From assembly GCA_963703315.1 (NCBI GenBank), contig OY969811.1, forward strand, positions 192,001 through 256,000: a DNA stretch of 64,000 nucleotides, in the 5' to 3' direction. The notes below the pieces were generated by a model. It saw only the letters and a program-made list of their open reading frames with translations. It did no database searches and had not been told where the DNA came from. The DNA is from an uncultured cyanobacterium. Lineage in GTDB: Bacteria; Cyanobacteriota; Cyanobacteriia; Pseudanabaenales; Pseudanabaenaceae. This document shows, one piece after another, positions 60,364 to 64,000 of the stretch (within the stretch, counting starts at the first letter, position 1; every line of letters starts with the position of its first letter). The translations under genes and the position numbers were made by a program.

Positions 60364-60594
60364 TCATGCATCCACAGAACTTTCCAAATAACTACGCATA
60401 TCAGCGATCGCTTCCTCCGCAGTCTGAGCCTTTAAACCACCAGAGCGATACTCAGTCAAACCCTCACGACATTCTTCTAGAATTTGCCTCCTTCTCACCT
60501 CAGCATTCCGTTTCTTAAGAATATCAATTAACATTTCCTGCTGATCGATTGACAACTGACTAACCGCATCAAGCGCACTTTCAAACGTAATCAT
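60364..60594 (-). CDS. Antitoxin-like protein, paralogue of 6653..6877
   Basis: Similarity seen by eye; ATGA coupling to the upstream DUF433 gene. Confidence 0.7.
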   Translation of the reverse strand: MITFESALDAVSQLSIDQQEMLIDILKKRNAEVRRRQILEECREGLTEYRSGGLKAQTAEEAIADMRSYLESSVDA

Positions 60595-60884
60595 AATTCA
60601 CCTTGTAAAAGAGAAGGATAAATCGGACGTAGCGAATCCGCAAATGTCTCTGAAGCTTGAATGCTCTCATCGATCGCCACCTTGTTATCATAATAAAATG
60701 ACATCGCCGCATACACTTCCGACAAAGTGAGGTCATACTCTGCCGCCACCTCTTCAAGCGATTGCCCCAAGCGTAAATAAGCGATCGCCACATCTGCAAC
60801 CGTAATGCGTCTACCAGCAATGCGCGGCTTACCACCACGAATATCAGGCGTAATCTCAATATAGCGATCGAGTGTAACTTTCAT
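60591..60884 (-). CDS. DUF433 antitoxin, second near-identical copy
   Basis: Nearly identical to 58970..59302 up to SLLQ. Confidence 0.9.
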   Translation of the reverse strand: MKVTLDRYIEITPDIRGGKPRIAGRRITVADVAIAYLRLGQSLEEVAAEYDLTLSEVYAAMSFYYDNKVAIDESIQASETFADSLRPIYPSLLQGEL

Positions 60885-60934
60885 TATGTTCTCTGATGCC
60901 GATTTTCTAGTATTTTACAATCTTTTTAGTCTAG

Positions 60935-62001
60935 GGCACTGGTCATTGAATTAGTGGTATGAGAAAATAGAGGCAGAGGAAAGGAGAAAGCTATGGAATG
61001 CCCCCACTGCCAGAGCCAAAAGATCATCAAAAATGGCAAACATCATCACCAAGATGGCAAAGCTATCCAGAACTATTTGTGTAAAGGATGCGGCAAGAGA
61101 TTTAGTGAAAGGACAGGAACGCCAATGTCAAGGCTGAGAACACCAGCGAGTGTCGTATCCTTAGCGCTAAAGATGAGGAGTGAAGGGATGGGAATCAGAG
61201 CCAGTGGCAGAGTCCTCGAAAAATCCCATGTCAGCATCATGAGATGGGAGCAAAAATTGGCAACCCAGTCACAGCAATGGAGTCCAGATGCCCCAGCAGG
61301 AGGAGATATAACAGTCGAGGGAGATGAGGTTTACACTCGCGTAGGCGAGAACCTTCCCCCCCTCAAAGTCAAAAGGATGGACAGTGACATTCATTGAGCG
61401 TAAGAGTCGCTATTGGATTGAGGCAAGGGTAGGACTCAAAACCACTGAATTATTTACTAAAGCAACCAAAACAGCATGGCAATGGGCAAAGGCAAGTCAA
61501 TACATCCGATGGTTTACCGATGGCGAAAGACGCTATGCCCAACAACTATGGCAAATGGCAAGTGTGCGCCTCAAATCCACTGAAGTAAGTCGTGAGTATA
61601 GACATCGCAAGGTATGGCGACATGGCTTAGAAGTTGCGATCAAAATTAAAAGTTCACAGGGAAATCGTCGGGTCGAATGGCTCAAACCTGAGCATCCCTA
61701 TACGGCTATTAGCGACAAGTGTGACATTCATGCCAATCACAATGAAGCTAACAACAGTGCTTTGAGAAGGAGATGTAGTGCTTATCGTCGCAGACAAAAC
61801 CTATATGCGAAGAATACCGAAGGATTACAACGAGCAGTCACTGTGCAAAGATTAGTTCACAACTGGGTGAGACCTCATGTGGGCTTAGGGAAGAATAAGA
61901 CTCCAGTTATGGCGATCGGGCTATATCATCGACCGCTTTCCATGCTGGAGTTGCTTTCACTACGAGGCTTTCACTCCCTCACGATTTAACTGACCAGTGC
62001 C
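60935..62001 (+). mobile_element. IS1-family insertion sequence (1067 bp)
   Basis: TIR GGCACTGGTCA; 8-bp TSD TAGTCTAG at 60927-60934 and 62002-62009; ORFs 60993..61397 (Zn ribbon-HTH, DE) and 61384..61989 (TDG, NE..N..LR). Confidence 0.93.
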
Positions 62002-62005
62002 TAGT

Positions 62006-62224
62006 CTAGCGATCGTCAACATCACCTTCAACAGCCCCTTCCCATTTTTTGAGTAAATCGCGAGGAGAAACTTGAGTTTTTTTGGCAATTGGGCTTTCAG
62101 ATTTTTGGTTAACTTGGCGATCGCCCAACTCAAACGAGAGGAATTCAATAAATCGCAAGACTTGTTGCTGTTGCTCAGTTGGTAATTTCTGCATTTTACT
62201 CACAGCATTTTCTAACACCGTCAT
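62006..62224 (-). CDS. DUF2281-like antitoxin, probably C-terminally truncated
   Basis: LP...QQQVL.FIEFL; stop lies next to the HIP1-like site and within the IS1 TSD. Confidence 0.7.
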   Translation of the reverse strand: MTVLENAVSKMQKLPTEQQQQVLRFIEFLSFELGDRQVNQKSESPIAKKTQVSPRDLLKKWEGAVEGDVDDR

Positions 62225-62255
62225 TCGCTGAATCCTCCTGCATACTTAATCTAGT

Positions 62256-62933
62256 GGGCATCTCTAAAAAAGACTAAGAGAGGCAAACATGAAAATCAAG
62301 AGTAATTAATTGCTTAAACGATAAGATATTATCACGAGTATTTTTGATATTAGATAGGCTATATCTTTGACTTTGGCAATCTATCTTTAGCTTCTCAATT
62401 ATTCTATCTGTTGAGACAGAATAATCCCTTGTTCTAAGCGGATTTTGCCTGCAATTTACTCAAAAATACAAATCGATGCATATTGTAAACTAGATTCCGT
62501 AAACCAATACAAGCCTTAGCTCTGGTCATACCAATACAACGCATCAGCTTACTTCCCATCATCATCATTTGATTGCCAAATATATGCTCTACTTTTACTC
62601 TGACTTTCGAGCGATGATGATTCACCTCTTGCTTGAATTCTGACAGTGGTTTGGCTTTTGTTCCCTTATGATGTAACTTGCTGCGATAACCATCAGCCGC
62701 AAACTTCTCCTCTTGTGCGGCAGAACGATAGGCGCTATCAGCATAAACATCTAATTCTAAGAGTGAATTTTTAAAACTGCTGTGCTTTACTTCGTAATTT
62801 TCAAAATCAAAAATACTTGTCTGCCTTTCCTTCATTGATTCCTAACCTTTTCTATCTCTTGGTTATTATAACTTTTATCTATTCTAATTCCTCAAATCCC
62901 TTGTCCTGTCTATACCTGTTTTTAGAGATGCCC
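62256..62933 (-). mobile_element. Internally deleted IS5-family element (678 bp)
   Basis: 15-bp perfect TIR GGGCATCTCTAAAAA; ORF 62434..62835 joins the transposase N-terminus to YADSAY...RVKVEHIFG...NLVYN. Confidence 0.88.
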
Positions 62934-62985
62934 TTGAGATTTTCTTTGCTAATTGCCTAAGATTTATGACGGATTTAGCTCTTTT

Positions 62986-64000
62986 TTAGATATTGTTTGC
63001 TGTCACTGTTTCTACCTTTGGAGAAAAATCTATTCTTTTCGGTATGGTTGGCATGATTTTATGAAGAGCTTCTTCCGTTGAATTGAAGCAGTTTTCATAA
63101 CCAATTTCTTTGAGTAATCCACTGCGGTCTAAAAGTTGTTCGACTTCGGGACGGAGAGCGCTCAAAATCAATTGACAATTATGGCGTTGCAAATCGTGAT
63201 AAATCTCTTCTAAAGCAACTAAGCCCGTTGTGTCCATACTAGGCACATAGCGCATTCTCAAAATTAAAAACTTGACTTCAGGCGCATCTCGTAAGAATGT
63301 AACGAACCTTTCGGCTGCACCAAAGAACATAGGTCCATCAATCCGATAAATGGCGATTTGTTTGCCAAAGTCTAGAGGTACGCCAGCAAGAAAGACATTA
63401 TCTTCAGGCATTTTGACAAGGCTGAGTTCACTCATCCGTTTGATAAAGAGAATACCTGCGGCAATTAGACCGACTTCCACTGCTAAAACTAGGTCAAAAC
63501 AAACAGTGACTAACCATGTGAGAAGCATTACTCCAAAATCAGCATAGGTAGTATGGATCAGCAAGCCGATCGCTTCCCATTCCATCATCCGAATACTGGT
63601 AATCATCAGGATTCCAGCGAGGGCAGCGAGCGGTACTTGCGCGGCGAGGGGGGCAAAAGCTAAGACGATCAGAGCAAGCGCAACACCATGAATCACTCCC
63701 GATAAGCGAGTTTTACCACCTGCACGTACATTCACCGCAGTCCGCGCGATCGCCCCTGTCGCAGGAATACCGCCAAAGAATGGCACGATCATATTTGCTA
63801 GTCCTTGTCCAATTAATTCTCGATCACTATTGTGGCGATCGCTAACACTCATACCGTCAGCAACCACCGCCGCGAGTAAAGATTCGATACTGCCTAATGC
63901 TGCTAAGGCGATCGCGGGATTAATTAATTCTCTAATTAACCCAAAATTATTCCAATGGGGAATCCCTTGCAGCATCGGTAAAGATTGCGGAATCATACCA
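62986..64000 (-). CDS. SulP family anion transporter with STAS domain (partial, 5' end outside window)
   Basis: ESLL.AVVADGM, ELIGQG.AN, GAIART..N...GG.T; STAS motif DGPMFFGAA. Confidence 0.95.
   Translation of the reverse strand, partial: GMIPQSLPMLQGIPHWNNFGLIRELINPAIALAALGSIESLLAAVVADGMSVSDRHNSDRELIGQGLANMIVPFFGGIPATGAIARTAVNVRAGGKTRLSGVIHGVALALIVLAFAPLAAQVPLAALAGILMITSIRMMEWEAIGLLIHTTYADFGVMLLTWLVTVCFDLVLAVEVGLIAAGILFIKRMSELSLVKMPEDNVFLAGVPLDFGKQIAIYRIDGPMFFGAAERFVTFLRDAPEVKFLILRMRYVPSMDTTGLVALEEIYHDLQRHNCQLILSALRPEVEQLLDRSGLLKEIGYENCFNSTEEALHKIMPTIPKRIDFSPKVETVTANNI

Noticed and set aside
55600..62933. Prophage or integron explanation for the TA island
   Set aside because: No integrase, phage genes or attC-type repeats visible in the window
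1..64000. CRISPR array, tRNA or rRNA genes
   Set aside because: No regularly spaced repeat-spacer series and no tRNA or rRNA signatures seen; the repeats are dispersed palindromes
1..64000. Abundant GCGATCGC as a novel repeat
   Set aside because: This is the well-known cyanobacterial HIP1; only its position at cassette boundaries is reported

Overview
Chromosomal window of a cyanobacterium. The HIP1 octamer GCGATCGC is very abundant, and petCA, psbZ and ndhS are present; a Pseudanabaena-like identity is an inference only. The core is housekeeping: rpsL-rpsG-fusA-tufA, rnz, gmk, petCA, rne, ribH, sigG/anti-sigma/hhoA, pgi, lrtA, queF, cruP-like, rluD, ilvN and rsmH. Three parts stand out. (1) A ~10 kb light-sensing phosphorelay cluster (9.1-19.3 kb). 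It encodes a CphB-type bacteriophytochrome with its Rcp, a CBCR-GAF hybrid kinase, two single-domain receivers and an RcaC/RfpB-like regulator with a decayed GGDEF tail. Five intergenic regions of this cluster share one promoter architecture: hexamer-N5-TCCTCA-N11-TANNNT. (2) Two accessory islands rich in toxin-antitoxin genes (4.2-6.9 kb and 55.6-62.9 kb), with HIP1-bounded duplications, a broken LRR-COR (Roco) gene, an IS1 and a deleted IS5. (3) A dense set of palindromic MITE/REP families, some of which have entered coding sequence. All protein calls come from motif recognition by eye; no database searches were run.
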